64,000 bases of DNA from positions 992,001-1,056,000 of the forward strand of contig JBJBCN010000002.1 in assembly GCA_047285805.1 (NCBI GenBank), in the 5' to 3' direction. Below the pieces are notes generated by a model that had not been told where the DNA came from, searched no databases, and saw only the letters and a program-made list of their open reading frames with translations. Position 1 is the stretch's first letter. Each line of letters opens with the position of its first letter. A program made the position numbers and the translations under genes. Source of the stretch: Synechococcus sp. (GTDB lineage Bacteria > Cyanobacteriota > Cyanobacteriia > PCC-6307 > Cyanobiaceae). Positions 8,324 through 19,819 of this stretch are shown piece after piece.

Positions 8324-8395
8324 TGGGTCGTCTCAGATTCGAACTGAGGACCAATCGGTTAAAAGCCGAGTGCTCTACCGCTGAGCTAACGACCC
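8324..8395 (-). tRNA. trnK: tRNA-Lys (TTT)
   Basis: Reverse complement GGGTCGTTAGCTCAGCGGTAGAGCACTCGGCTTTTAACCGATTGGTCCTCAGTTCGAATCTGAGACGACCCA folds as a cloverleaf. Confidence 0.97.
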
Positions 8396-8525
8396 GCCCG
8401 AACTCAGGTTAGACACCATTGTTTGGGGGCGCCCACAACTGGACACCGAGTGAACGTATCACCCGGAGGTGCCCCGCTTCAAACCCCCTGAGAATGGGGG
8501 CCGAGTCGTCGTTTGCAGCACGCCC

Positions 8526-9044
8526 ATGGCCAGCGCTCCGTGGCCCACACCATCTGTTCATCCCGAGGCCTGGGTCGCGGAGAGCGCCGTGCTGGTCGGC
8601 GACGTTCAAATGGCCGCTGGCGCCAGCCTGTGGCCCACCGCGGTGGTCCGCGCTGATGTCTGCACGATCGTCATCGGAGAAGGAAGCAATGTCCAAGACG
8701 GGGCCGTGCTCCATGGCGACCCCGGTCAACCGGTCCTGATCGGGGCGGACGTGACCATCGGCCATCGCGCCGTCGTCCATGGCGCCACCCTTGGCGACGG
8801 CTGCCTGATCGGCATCGGCGCGATCGTCCTCAACGGGGTCAGCGTGGGCGAAGGGGCCCTGGTGGCCGCGGGAGCCGTCGTGACGAAGGATGTGCCGCCG
8901 CGAGCCCTGGTGATGGGCGCCCCAGCCCATATCAAGCGTGAGCTCACGGAAGAGCAGGCCGCCGAGCAGCGCGAGCACGCCCGCCGCTATCGCCAACTGG
9001 CGATGGCCCATGCGGGCCGCTCCACGGACCTGGGCTTCCACTGA
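8526..9044 (+). CDS. Gamma carbonic anhydrase family (hexapeptide repeat) protein
   Basis: [34 protein letters not shown] repeats. Confidence 0.9.
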   Translation: MASAPWPTPSVHPEAWVAESAVLVGDVQMAAGASLWPTAVVRADVCTIVIGEGSNVQDGAVLHGDPGQPVLIGADVTIGHRAVVHGATLGDGCLIGIGAIVLNGVSVGEGALVAAGAVVTKDVPPRALVMGAPAHIKRELTEEQAAEQREHARRYRQLAMAHAGRSTDLGFH

Positions 9045-9144
9045 GGCGGCCAATTGCTGCGAATTCGATCAGCCCTTCAACGCATCAACCTGCGAGGGAG
9101 CGGATGTTCGTAAGATCTCGGCACTTCTGTTGTTGCCCCCAGTC

Positions 9145-9267
9145 ATGGACGCACGGCTCCTGCTTGTTGTGACCCCGATCCTTCTGGCCGCCAGCTGGGC
9201 TGTCTTCAACATCGGCCGTGCCGCTGTGGGCCAGCTGCAGATGATGCTCAAGCGCGCCAACGGCTGA
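9145..9267 (+). CDS. psbY: Photosystem II protein Y
   Basis: [32 protein letters not shown]. Confidence 0.93.
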   Translation: MDARLLLVVTPILLAASWAVFNIGRAAVGQLQMMLKRANG

Positions 9268-9326
9268 GGTCAATCGCCCACCCGCCGGCTCCTAGCTTGA
9301 TCACTTCAGGCGGACCCGGTTTTTGC

Positions 9327-10697
<1,371 letters not shown>

Positions 10698-10725
10698 GGT
10701 CCAGGCTGCTTCCGCCGCCCCCGCC

Positions 10726-12267
10726 GTGACCAATCCCTCCTGGGACGTGATCGTGATCGGCTCGGGCATCGGCGGCCTGGTCACCGCCTCCCAACTGGCG
10801 GCCAAAGGGGCCAAGACCCTGGTGCTGGAGCGCTACTTGATCCCGGGGGGGTCGGGAGGCAGCTTCCGCCGCGAGGGCTACACGTTTGACGTGGGCGCCT
10901 CGATGATCTTTGGCTTCGGAGAGAAGGGCCACACGAACCTGCTCACCCGGGCCCTGGGCTGTGTGGGCCAGCACTGCGAGACGGTCCCGGATCCCGCCCA
11001 ACTCGAATACCACCTGCCCGGAGGCCTGAATGTAGCCGTCGACCGGGACTACGAGGCCTTCATCGCCCGCCTCACGGGACTGTTCCCTCACGAAGCCAAG
11101 GGCATCCGAGTCTTTTATGACACCTGCTGGCAGGTGTTCAACTGCCTTGATGCGATGCCACTGCTGTCGCTCGAGGACCCGGCCTACCTGGCGAAGGTCT
11201 TCTTCAAGGCGCCCCTGGCCTGCCTGGGGCTGGCCCGCTGGCTGCCCTTCAACGTAGGCGATGTGGCCCGCAAACACATCCAGGACGAGCAGCTGCTGAA
11301 GCTGATCGACATGGAGTGCTTCTGCTGGAGCGTGATGCCAGCGGACCTCACGCCAATGATCAACGCCGGGATGGTCTTCTCGGATCGCCATGCCGGCGGC
11401 ATCAACTACCCCAAGGGAGGCGTTGGGGTGATCGCCGAGAAATTGGTAGCAGGCCTCGAGAGCTACGGCGGCGAGATCCGCTACAAGGCCCGCGTCACCG
11501 AGGTGCTGATCGAGAACGGCCTGGCCACCGGCGTGGTGCTTGCGGACGGCGAAACCATCCACGCCCGCCGCGTAGTGAGCAACGCGACCCGCTGGGACAC
11601 CTTTGCGGGCAATGGTTCGGTGCGCCAACCGCTGGTGGATGTCGCCCACACCCCCAAGACCGAAGCCACCTGGCGCCGGCGCTACAAGCCCTCCCCCTCC
11701 TTCCTCTCCCTGCACCTGGGGGTGGAGGCCTCGATGATTCCCGAAGGCTTCCACTGCCACCACCTCCTGCTGGAGGACTGGGCGGCGATGGAGGATGAAC
11801 AAGGAGTGATCTTTGTCTCAATCCCGACCCTGCTGGATCCCTCCCTGGCCCCGGAGGGGAGACACATCGTCCACACCTTCACCCCGAGTGACATCGCGGC
11901 CTGGACGTCGCAGAGCCCGAGCGCCTACAAGGCAAAAAAAACCGCCGATGCCGCTCGCCTGGTGCAGCGCCTCGAGGCGATCCTCCCGGGCCTGGGCGGC
12001 GCGATCCGCCACCAGGAGATCGGCACCCCCCGCACCCACCGCCGCTTCCTGGGACGCATGGGCGGCAGCTACGGCCCGATCCCGGCCCTGCGCCTGCCGG
12101 GCCTGCTGCCGATGCCCTTCAACCGCACGGGTCTGCAGAACCTCTACTGCGTCGGTGATTCCTGCTTCCCGGGGCAGGGCCTGAACGCGGTGGCCTTCAG
12201 CGGCTTCGCCTGCGCCCACCGCATCGGCGCGGACCTCGGCCTGAACCCCTGGGCCCTGCCGGACTAG
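10726..12267 (+). CDS. crtH: Carotenoid isomerase
   Basis: VIGSGIGGLVTA FAD motif, YTFDVGASMIFG, GINYPKGGVG, CVGDSCFPGQGLNAVAFSG. Confidence 0.92.
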   Translation: MTNPSWDVIVIGSGIGGLVTASQLAAKGAKTLVLERYLIPGGSGGSFRREGYTFDVGASMIFGFGEKGHTNLLTRALGCVGQHCETVPDPAQLEYHLPGGLNVAVDRDYEAFIARLTGLFPHEAKGIRVFYDTCWQVFNCLDAMPLLSLEDPAYLAKVFFKAPLACLGLARWLPFNVGDVARKHIQDEQLLKLIDMECFCWSVMPADLTPMINAGMVFSDRHAGGINYPKGGVGVIAEKLVAGLESYGGEIRYKARVTEVLIENGLATGVVLADGETIHARRVVSNATRWDTFAGNGSVRQPLVDVAHTPKTEATWRRRYKPSPSFLSLHLGVEASMIPEGFHCHHLLLEDWAAMEDEQGVIFVSIPTLLDPSLAPEGRHIVHTFTPSDIAAWTSQSPSAYKAKKTADAARLVQRLEAILPGLGGAIRHQEIGTPRTHRRFLGRMGGSYGPIPALRLPGLLPMPFNRTGLQNLYCVGDSCFPGQGLNAVAFSGFACAHRIGADLGLNPWALPD

Positions 12268-13643
12268 ACCAATAGCCGCCAGTCTTGCGGCCCCAGTCTG
12301 CCGCCATCGGGCAGGGCTAGGGCGAAGTCGCGACTGCGATTAAGAACGAGCCGCCGCTGCGCGCTGCCGCTACCGCGTATCAACAACAGTCCGTCCTCCT
12401 CGAGCGGTTCCAGCTCGAGCGCCGCCGAACGCAGGGCCTGGTGCGCCTGCCGCATTTTGGCGAGTGAGCCGATGAAGGCGCTGAGGTCCGCAGGCGGGTC
12501 CCGCCAGGGGAAGGCTTCGCGGCAGGCCGGCTCCTCCCCACCAAAGAGGCCGGCCTCGGTGCCGTAATAGATCGAGGGGGCACCGGGCAAGGCAAAGAGC
12601 AGGACGAGCGCGAGCTTCAGGGCCGCCAGGTCCCCCTTGAGCATGTGCAGGGCCCTGGGCACATCGTGGCTATCGAGCAAGTTGAGCTGGGCGCAGTTCA
12701 CCTCGGGCCGGTACCAGCCCAGGGTGTCGAGAAGCAGCGCGCGATAGCGATCCGTGCTGAGGCATTGGTAGGGAATCGACTCCCGCCGATGGCCATCGGC
12801 CAGCTCCCCGGCACTGACCCAGCCGAGGCTGCCCCAGGCGATCCGGTAGTTCATCACCCCATCGAAGTGCTGCCCGCCGAGCCAGGGGCGCGCGTCCCCC
12901 CAGATCTCACCGACGATCCAGGCCTCGGGATTGACTGCGCGCACCTCCCGCCGGAATGCCTCCCAGAAATCGGGCTCCACCTCATCGGGTACATCGAGGC
13001 GCCAGCCATCAATGCCCCGCTCGATCCAGTGGCGTCCGACAGCGATCAGGTGTTCTTGAACCTGAGGGTTGGCGTGGTTGAACTTGGGCAGGGCCGGATC
13101 ACTCCACCAGGCGTGGTAACCGCAGGTCTCGCCAGGGCCGGGGTAAGCATTCAGCGGCCAGTGCTCGGTGATGAACCAATCGCGGTAGGGCGACACCGGG
13201 CCGTTCTCGAGCAGGTGATGGAAAGCCCAAAAGCCACGGCCGCAGTGGTTAAAGACCCCATCGAGCAGCAGGCGCAGGCCCCGGCGCTTGAGCTCGGCGA
13301 GCAGGGCCTCGAAGGCGGGCTCGCCACCTAGGAGCGGATCGACCTGGAAATAGTCGTAGGCGTGATAGCGGTGATTGGCGGCCGAACTGAAGATCGGATT
13401 GAGGTAGAGACAGCTGACCCCCATCCCTTGGAGGTGATCCAGGTGATCGAGCACGCCCCAGAGATCGCCCCCTTGGAACGCGCGTGGATCCGGAACACTG
13501 CCCCAGGGCTCCAGCGCCAGGCCTTTCTGCTGAGGTGAGCGGCCGCTGCGGCAGAAGCGATCGGGAAAGATCTGATAGACGACGGCCTCCGCGGCCCAGC
13601 GGGGGGGCAGAGCAAACGCCGCACTCACAGAAGCGGAGACCAT
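12264..13643 (-). CDS. GH13 alpha-amylase/neopullulanase-like glycosidase
   Basis: YQIFPDRF, LDGVFNH, DGWRLDV, IVGEIW, LLDSHD. Confidence 0.92.
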   Translation of the reverse strand: MVSASVSAAFALPPRWAAEAVVYQIFPDRFCRSGRSPQQKGLALEPWGSVPDPRAFQGGDLWGVLDHLDHLQGMGVSCLYLNPIFSSAANHRYHAYDYFQVDPLLGGEPAFEALLAELKRRGLRLLLDGVFNHCGRGFWAFHHLLENGPVSPYRDWFITEHWPLNAYPGPGETCGYHAWWSDPALPKFNHANPQVQEHLIAVGRHWIERGIDGWRLDVPDEVEPDFWEAFRREVRAVNPEAWIVGEIWGDARPWLGGQHFDGVMNYRIAWGSLGWVSAGELADGHRRESIPYQCLSTDRYRALLLDTLGWYRPEVNCAQLNLLDSHDVPRALHMLKGDLAALKLALVLLFALPGAPSIYYGTEAGLFGGEEPACREAFPWRDPPADLSAFIGSLAKMRQAHQALRSAALELEPLEEDGLLLIRGSGSAQRRLVLNRSRDFALALPDGGRLGPQDWRLLV

Positions 13644-13680
13644 CTCAATAGGGTGGCAGCCCTTGACGCCCGCCGCCGCG

Positions 13681-13950
13681 ATGCCGAATTCCGAGGAGCT
13701 GGCCCGCTACCTCGAGCAGCGGGGCGAACTCTCCAAACCCTGGATGCTGCAGCTGCTGCGGCTAACCAAGCTGAAGGAGGCCAAAGACACGATGAACCCG
13801 GTGGCATTCGAAGCAAAACTGCGCGAGGCCCACGCCGATCTGATGCGATTGGGTGAGTTCTGGAAAGGCCGCGAGCAGGAAGTCTTCGGCGGGCGCTACC
13901 AACCCACGAGCGTGATCGAACCGCTCCCCCGTTCCCCGGAGGACCGATGA
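13681..13950 (+). CDS. Conserved hypothetical protein
   Basis: MPNSEELARYLEQRGELSKPWMLQLLRL...; coupled to the next gene. Confidence 0.8.
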   Translation: MPNSEELARYLEQRGELSKPWMLQLLRLTKLKEAKDTMNPVAFEAKLREAHADLMRLGEFWKGREQEVFGGRYQPTSVIEPLPRSPEDR

Positions 13951-14498
13951 TCGCGAAGCGCTATCCGATGGCGCCGCTGATTCGCTTCACGCTGGTCAGC
14001 CTCTACTTCGCCCTGGTCTTTCCCCTACCCTGGCTCGCGCCAGCCGAACTGCAGCCGTGGTTGATCGGCGCCCTGCCCCTGGGCTTCCTCCTGGTCTGGG
14101 CCCTAGTTAGCGAAGAGGTGAGCCTGACCGAGACCAGTCTGCAGGTGGGCTACCCCAGCTGGTGCTCCTGGTTGCTGCGCCGCGGTTGGTCCCTGAACTG
14201 GGATCAAGTGAAAGGGCTCACGCCGGTGGCCACGAGCCAGGGGGGGCGCGTCTTCTACGTGAGAACGGAAGACGGCTCGGCCTATCTGCTCCCCCAAAGG
14301 GTGCAAGCCTTCGAGGGGTTCCTGGGCCAGTTCAGTCTGAAGACCGGCCTTGACACCAGCTCTATCGGCTGGATCAGCCCACCCTGGACCTACCAGCTCC
14401 TGGCCGGTCTCTGCGTTGCGATGCTGGTCTTCGAGGCGATGTTCGGCTGGTACCTACTCAGCGGGCGATGGGAGCTCCCGGCAGCGGCGCTGGGCTGA
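13947..14498 (+). CDS. Hypothetical membrane protein
   Basis: Hydrophobic segments, TSQGGRVFY motif; ATGA overlap. Confidence 0.8.
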   Translation: MIAKRYPMAPLIRFTLVSLYFALVFPLPWLAPAELQPWLIGALPLGFLLVWALVSEEVSLTETSLQVGYPSWCSWLLRRGWSLNWDQVKGLTPVATSQGGRVFYVRTEDGSAYLLPQRVQAFEGFLGQFSLKTGLDTSSIGWISPPWTYQLLAGLCVAMLVFEAMFGWYLLSGRWELPAAALG

Positions 14499-15231
14499 GA
14501 CCATCGGCAGGGATGGTGTCGAGGCTGAAGCGGTAACCCTGCTGCCGCACAGTCTCGATGCCGCCGCCTTCGCCGAGGCCGGCCTGCTCCAACTTGCGCC
14601 GCAGGGTGAGCACCTGGGTATCCACCGAGCGTGGGCCCCCGCTGAAAGGGGGCCAGGCCATGCGCAGCAGCTCACTGCGGCTGCGAATGATACCGGGCGG
14701 CATCAGCAGGGCGCATAGCAGGGCGAACTCCCGCGGGCTGAGTTCGACGGGTTGATCCCGCAGGGTGACCTGACGCAGCAGGACGTGCACCTCAAGCGGG
14801 CCGACACAGACCCGCTCCTGCAGACCGGTGCCACTGCGGCGCAACAGCAAGCGGCAGCGGGCCGCGAGTTCTTCGAGACCGAAGGGTTTACGAAGGACGT
14901 CGTCGGCGCCGGCATCCAACAAGGAGACAACCGGCTCGGATCCGGAGCGCGCCGTGAGCACCATGACGGGACAGCGCAGCTGACCGGCCAACTTCAGGGC
15001 CGAGGTTTCCTCGAGCAGTTCAGCAGCGACGAGGAGGTCGGGGGTTAGGTCATCACAGAGAGTGATCGCTTCAGAGGCGGTGGAGACGGCGGCGGTGAGG
15101 TGACCGTCTTGGCGCAAACGCTGGGCCAGGACCGTGCGCAAGGTGGGGTGGGGATCCACCACCAGAACCCGTTTCAGATCCGATTCAGGGCTGGGAGGTG
15201 TAGAGGACACGCCCTTCTCTTTGATTCTCAC
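14458..15231 (-). CDS. OmpR-family response regulator with atypical receiver
   Basis: LTAR, DAGADDVLRKPF, LSPREFALL, SVDTQVLTLRRKL, IETVRQQGYRF; start uncertain. Confidence 0.9.
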   Translation of the reverse strand: MRIKEKGVSSTPPSPESDLKRVLVVDPHPTLRTVLAQRLRQDGHLTAAVSTASEAITLCDDLTPDLLVAAELLEETSALKLAGQLRCPVMVLTARSGSEPVVSLLDAGADDVLRKPFGLEELAARCRLLLRRSGTGLQERVCVGPLEVHVLLRQVTLRDQPVELSPREFALLCALLMPPGIIRSRSELLRMAWPPFSGGPRSVDTQVLTLRRKLEQAGLGEGGGIETVRQQGYRFSLDTIPADGLSPAPLPGAPIAR

Positions 15232-15316
15232 TACGCTATCGGTAATTTCTTAGGCACATCGGTATCAAGCGCTGCCTTGATATCTGGCCACCGGGTCGAG
15301 GCCCTCTTCTCGAACC

Positions 15317-15583
15317 ATGACCGCACTGCAGAACCCCGAAGCCATCCGCCACTTCCAGTCCCTTTGCGATGCCTGCCAGGCCCTGGCGGATCGCTACCAC
15401 GGGCCCTCGGAACTCCGGCTGTATGCCGACGGCTATCTGCACGCCCTGCGCCGCACGGCGGTACTCGACCCCATCGCCCAGCGCCGCCTGGAGGAACTGG
15501 TGGACCGCTGGATCATGGATCCCTCCAGCTTCATCGGCCCCAACGGTGATCTGAGTACCCTCTACGAGACAGGTCGGAACTAG
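15317..15583 (+). CDS. Conserved cyanobacterial protein (DUF6761-like)
   Basis: AIRHFQSLCDACQAL...ELRLYADGYLHALR. Confidence 0.8.
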   Translation: MTALQNPEAIRHFQSLCDACQALADRYHGPSELRLYADGYLHALRRTAVLDPIAQRRLEELVDRWIMDPSSFIGPNGDLSTLYETGRN

Positions 15584-15587
15584 GACA

Positions 15588-15613
15588 ACAAAAGGGCCCA
15601 CGGGCCCCTTTGT
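15588..15613. terminator. Bidirectional terminator between convergent genes
   Basis: ACAAAAGGGCCC-AC-GGGCCCCTTTGT inverted repeat. Confidence 0.6.
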
Positions 15614-15616
15614 GAT

Positions 15617-15940
15617 TCAGCTGGCGAGGGCAATCGCGAGCTTTTCTTTGAGTTCCCCGGAGTTGTACATCTCGATGAGGATGTCTGAGCCGCCAATGAA
15701 CTCCCCATTCAAATAGACCTGGGGAATGGTGGGCCACTCGGAGTACTCCTTGATGCCCTGACGGATCTCCATATCCGAGAGGACGTCAAAGGTCTCGAAG
15801 GGAACAGCCATGGCATTGAGGATCTGCACCACGTTGTTGCTGAAGCCGCACTGGGGCATCAACTTGCTTCCCTTCATGAAGACGAAGATCGGGCTGCTGC
15901 CGACCAGCTGATCGAGGCGTTGCTTGAGGGCGGAATCCAT
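15617..15940 (-). CDS. grxD: Monothiol glutaredoxin Grx4
   Basis: FMKG..MPQCGFS, WPTIPQVY, FIGGSDI. Confidence 0.95.
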   Translation of the reverse strand: MDSALKQRLDQLVGSSPIFVFMKGSKLMPQCGFSNNVVQILNAMAVPFETFDVLSDMEIRQGIKEYSEWPTIPQVYLNGEFIGGSDILIEMYNSGELKEKLAIALAS

Positions 15941-15956
15941 GGGACGTGTCGAGAAA

Positions 15957-16190
15957 TCAGGAGGGAGTGGAGGTCTGCAGGGCGAGGGCGTGAATCGCTT
16001 CGCTGGCCAGCTCGGAGCGCAGCGCGCCGTAGACCAACTGGTGCTGCTTGATCCGGCTGAGACCCTCAAAAGCGGAGGAGACCACCTTCACCTGCAGGTG
16101 GTCTCCTCCGCCGGTGAGATCTTCCACCTCAACGCAGGCATCGGGAAGGGCAACACCAATGGCGGCCTTCACCTGGTCGGGATGAACCAT
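15957..16190 (-). CDS. bolA: BolA family protein
   Basis: [27 protein letters not shown]; adjacent to grxD. Confidence 0.93.
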   Translation of the reverse strand: MVHPDQVKAAIGVALPDACVEVEDLTGGGDHLQVKVVSSAFEGLSRIKQHQLVYGALRSELASEAIHALALQTSTPS

Positions 16191-16236
16191 GACCTCAGAT
16201 CCGTGAGCTTGGGACTGTAAGAAGACGGGGCTGAAC

Positions 16237-16764
16237 TCAGTTGCCCGCGGCCGAACCACCAGCGAAGGGGGTGGTGACGAAGCCCAGCTCAAGCAGGCTC
16301 TGATAAGCCTTCTGGCCCATGGGATTCGCCGGGGTGGTGATCTGGACCACCTCCACCAGCAGGGGCACCGCCGCTGCGGGCTGGTTCATCCGGCGTAGCA
16401 GGGCGGCCAGGCGCAGGTCGATCTTGGCCTGCAGTTCCAAGGCGTCACGGCCCTTCTGATCCATCTCGCGGGGGATGCGGGCATCGAGGCCGCGGAAGGA
16501 ACCGCTGAGGCTGCGGTAGAAGCGTGTCAGGTTCTGAGCGCCTTCCCGGGCGGAGTCGTAGTCGGCCTTGGCCTGCTCCAGGTTCCCAGCTGCGGCGGCG
16601 GTATCACCGGCGGACACCTTGGCCTCGATGGCACTGAGATTCAGCCCCGAGCTGGAGGAAGCCAGAACCTTTTGGGCGTCCTGGGCCAGGGCAGATTGGG
16701 AGACCAGGCCAGGGACAACCGCCGCAAGGGCGGAGAGGCTGAAGGCGGCGAGCTGCCGGCGCAC
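16237..16764 (-). CDS. Secreted TPR-like conserved hypothetical protein
   Basis: Signal peptide, helical repeats, [11 protein letters not shown]-terminus. Confidence 0.8.
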   Translation of the reverse strand: MRRQLAAFSLSALAAVVPGLVSQSALAQDAQKVLASSSSGLNLSAIEAKVSAGDTAAAAGNLEQAKADYDSAREGAQNLTRFYRSLSGSFRGLDARIPREMDQKGRDALELQAKIDLRLAALLRRMNQPAAAVPLLVEVVQITTPANPMGQKAYQSLLELGFVTTPFAGGSAAGN

Positions 16765-16790
16765 GGGACCACTTGCGAAGTGATTGAACT

Positions 16791-17510
16791 CTACGGGCGT
16801 TGCAAAGGGCGCCCAACCGCCTGCCGTGCTAGGTGCTCGGCGGCCTGTAGCTGTTCAGTGAGCTCGGCGGTCAAGGCATTGATATGCTCTCGCTCGGGAC
16901 CAGCCAGGCGCAGCACGGGTCCAAAGCAGAGGGCGGCCTGGTCGACCAAGCGGGGCTTGGCATGGCCGTAGGCGATCCCCACGGGCACCACCTGGACCGC
17001 CACCCCTTGACCCTCCGCCAGGGCGGTCAAGCGCGCCAGGCCGGGCATGAGGCGCATGGCGGGATCGTTCTGGTTGATCTTCCCCTCGGGGAACATCACC
17101 AGCTGATTTCCCCCCTCCAGCAGATCCACGGCAAAGCGCAGCGAGGCCGCCGCGGGCTTGCGGGGGTTCACCGGGAAGCAGCCCAGGCGATGCAGGAACC
17201 AGCCCTGGAGGCCTGTCATCTCATCACTGGTGACCATGAAACGGCAGTCCCGGCCGGTGACCCGGCGACCGGCAGCATGGGGAAGCATCAGGGCATCCCA
17301 GCGGGAGCGGTGGGTCGGTGCCAGCAGCACCGGGCCTTCGTCAGGCAGGTTCTCCCGGCCCAAGACCATCAGACCGCCGCCAAAGAAGCCCTTCAGGGCG
17401 ATGTCCTGGGTAAGCACCATCGCCACGGGCGCCAACCAGGGGTTGATGCCGTTGCAGAGACTCTTCTCCCGCTCTGTGAGGGCCACCGATGCCGTGCCTG
17501 AAGCCGTCAT
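16791..17510 (-). CDS. plsC: 1-acyl-sn-glycerol-3-phosphate acyltransferase
   Basis: PTHRSRWD (HX4D), MFPEG, VVPVGI. Confidence 0.88.
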   Translation of the reverse strand: MTASGTASVALTEREKSLCNGINPWLAPVAMVLTQDIALKGFFGGGLMVLGRENLPDEGPVLLAPTHRSRWDALMLPHAAGRRVTGRDCRFMVTSDEMTGLQGWFLHRLGCFPVNPRKPAAASLRFAVDLLEGGNQLVMFPEGKINQNDPAMRLMPGLARLTALAEGQGVAVQVVPVGIAYGHAKPRLVDQAALCFGPVLRLAGPEREHINALTAELTEQLQAAEHLARQAVGRPLQRP

Positions 17511-17644
17511 CGGACTGGGAACCCTCGCAAAAACTGTCGACGCAAACTAGGGGCGAACCCCGGGCGATAGCCCGTGGGGCAGGCACTTAATCGAGCGGGC
17601 CCGGGGGCGCCATCCATAGGATCCGCCTAGAAGCAGCGGTTGCC

Positions 17645-18394
17645 ATGGCGAGCCTTGGCGTCAACATCGATCACATCGCCAATGTGCGCCAGGCCCGCCG
17701 CACGGTCGAACCTGACCCGGTGACCTACGCCCTTCTGGCCGAACTGGGCGGCGCCGATGGCATCACGGTGCACCTGCGCGAGGACCGGCGCCACATCCAG
17801 GACCGGGATGTTGAGTTGCTGCGTCAGGTGGTCCACAGCCGCCTGAACCTTGAAATGGCGGCGACCGCCGAGATGGAGGCGATTGCCCTGCGGATCAAGC
17901 CCGACATGGTCACCCTGGTGCCCGAGAAGCGCGAGGAGGTCACCACCGAAGGTGGCCTGGATGTGGCAGGGCAACTCATCAGCATCAAGGGGATCGCCGG
18001 CCGTCTTCAGGACGCCGGCATTGGCGTGAGCCTATTTGTCGACGCCGAGCCTGCCCAGCTGGAGGCCTGCCAGGCCAGCGGTGCCCGCTGGGTGGAGCTG
18101 CACACCGGCACCTACGCCGAAGCCAACTGGCAGCAACAGGCCAAGGAATTGGCGCGGATCACCGAGGGCACCTTTATCGCCCGCAGCCTGGGCCTGCGGG
18201 TCAACGCCGGCCACGGCCTCAGCTACCAAAACGTTGAGCCGATCGCCGGCATCGAAGGGGTGGAGGAGCTCAACATCGGCCACACCATCGTGGCCAGGGC
18301 CCTGGCGGTGGGCCTGGAGGAGGCCGTGCGGCAGATGAAGGCTTTGGTCCAGAATCCCCGCCGGGAACCCCTCTTCGGCAGCACCAGTTCATGA
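17645..18394 (+). CDS. pdxJ: Pyridoxine 5'-phosphate synthase
   Basis: [41 protein letters not shown]. Confidence 0.97.
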   Translation: MASLGVNIDHIANVRQARRTVEPDPVTYALLAELGGADGITVHLREDRRHIQDRDVELLRQVVHSRLNLEMAATAEMEAIALRIKPDMVTLVPEKREEVTTEGGLDVAGQLISIKGIAGRLQDAGIGVSLFVDAEPAQLEACQASGARWVELHTGTYAEANWQQQAKELARITEGTFIARSLGLRVNAGHGLSYQNVEPIAGIEGVEELNIGHTIVARALAVGLEEAVRQMKALVQNPRREPLFGSTSS

Positions 18395-18711
18395 CCAAGT
18401 ACCACTTCGTGGCCGCCAGTGAGGCCTTCCTCACCGTGGAAGAGCCCCTTGATGAAGTGCTGCGCGAGCGTGTCCGCAATTACGGCGAACAGGGCAAGGC
18501 GATCGACTTCTGGCTGGTGAAGCGCCCCGCGTTCCTGCAGGCCCCCGAGCTCAAGGCAATCGCCGATCAGGTGCCCCAGCCAGCCGCTGCCGTGGTGTCC
18601 ACCGATCCGAAGTTCATCGACTTCATGAAGCTCCGCCTGGAGTTCGTCGCCAAGGGCAGCTTCGAAGCCCCCTCCAGTGCGATCCCCGACGCCCTGGCCA
18701 GCGCCGCCTGA
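18391..18711 (+). CDS. ycf54: MgPME cyclase auxiliary protein Ycf54
   Basis: [41 protein letters not shown]. Confidence 0.92.
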   Translation: MTKYHFVAASEAFLTVEEPLDEVLRERVRNYGEQGKAIDFWLVKRPAFLQAPELKAIADQVPQPAAAVVSTDPKFIDFMKLRLEFVAKGSFEAPSSAIPDALASAA

Positions 18712-18713
18712 GC

Positions 18714-19073
18714 TCAGAAGAGGCCTAGGAACTTCTTGCGGGGCTCTTCTACCTGGGACCTGCCCTGGGCTCCGTCTTGCTGATAACGGGGCTTGGCATC
18801 ACCAATGGTGAGCACTGCCTCCTTGTTCTTCCACCAGACCCAATCGCGGATCGGAGGCGTGCGGGTCAGGTCCGCCTGGGTCAACCCCAGACCCAACTTG
18901 GAAGAGGCGTTCAACAGCACCTCCACCATCTCGTCGCCGTTGGCGCACTTGGCGAGCGCTTCGTTGGTGCGCTTAGCCCCATCCAGGGCTTTCACCAAAA
19001 TCGCCACCCGCTGACTCACAGAGAGGCTGCGCGGGTCCACCGGCTGGGAGCTCTGGGGGGTCTCGTTTTCCAT
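18714..19073 (-). CDS. Hypothetical protein, weakly Nif11-like
   Basis: Helical segment ending LGLGLTQADL; C-terminal KKFLGLF. Confidence 0.75.
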   Translation of the reverse strand: MENETPQSSQPVDPRSLSVSQRVAILVKALDGAKRTNEALAKCANGDEMVEVLLNASSKLGLGLTQADLTRTPPIRDWVWWKNKEAVLTIGDAKPRYQQDGAQGRSQVEEPRKKFLGLF

Positions 19074-19177
19074 CCAGAGGAGCGACGTTATGGCGACGTT
19101 ATCCCGTTTTCAGCGCTTGAGAGGGGATGCCTACAAGGGGATGACAGATCGTCAAGGCTCCGTACAGAGTGGGAGGT

Positions 19178-19816
19178 ATGACTAGCGTCAGTCGCAGAGC
19201 CCGCCACTGGGTGATCGGTGATGTGCACGGCTGCTCGGGCTCCCTCGATCAACTCCTCGCCCAGCTGCCCCAAGGCGACCGTCTGATTTTTTGCGGCGAC
19301 GCCATCAATCGCGGCCCCGACACCCCGGCCACGATGGAACGAATCTGGAGCCTGGTGGACAGCGGCCGAGCGATCTGGCTGCGGGGCAACCACGAGCAGG
19401 ATCTGATCGACGCCCTGCGCACCGCCCCCAGCAGCAGCCGCGGCGCTGGCGCCGAGACGTGCCACCAACTCGGTCCAGAGGGATGCGCCCTCTGGCTGAA
19501 GCGCCTCGAGCAGCTGCCCCTGGCCTACTGGGGGGAAGGCTGGGTCGCCACCCACGCCGGCTTTAACCCCAGCACCTGGCAGCCGGACCTGCGGGTGCGC
19601 ATGGGCTTCTGGGAGCAGTACGACGGTCGCTTTGGTGATGTGGTGATCGGCCACACCCCCGGCCCCAACGTCCGCCGTCTCCCGAACATCGTCATGGTGG
19701 ACACCGGCGCCTGCTACGGCGGCGACCTCAGCGCCTACTGCCCCGAAAGTCGCGAGGTGGTGTCAGTGCCGGGCCTTGCCCATAACCTGCAGACGCCCAG
19801 CCTGAGCCCCGTCTGA
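19178..19816 (+). CDS. Metallophosphoesterase (PrpA/ApaH-like)
   Basis: IGDVHG, GDAINRG, LRGNHE, HAG, IGHT, VDTG. Confidence 0.9.
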   Translation: MTSVSRRARHWVIGDVHGCSGSLDQLLAQLPQGDRLIFCGDAINRGPDTPATMERIWSLVDSGRAIWLRGNHEQDLIDALRTAPSSSRGAGAETCHQLGPEGCALWLKRLEQLPLAYWGEGWVATHAGFNPSTWQPDLRVRMGFWEQYDGRFGDVVIGHTPGPNVRRLPNIVMVDTGACYGGDLSAYCPESREVVSVPGLAHNLQTPSLSPV

Positions 19817-19819
19817 GCC

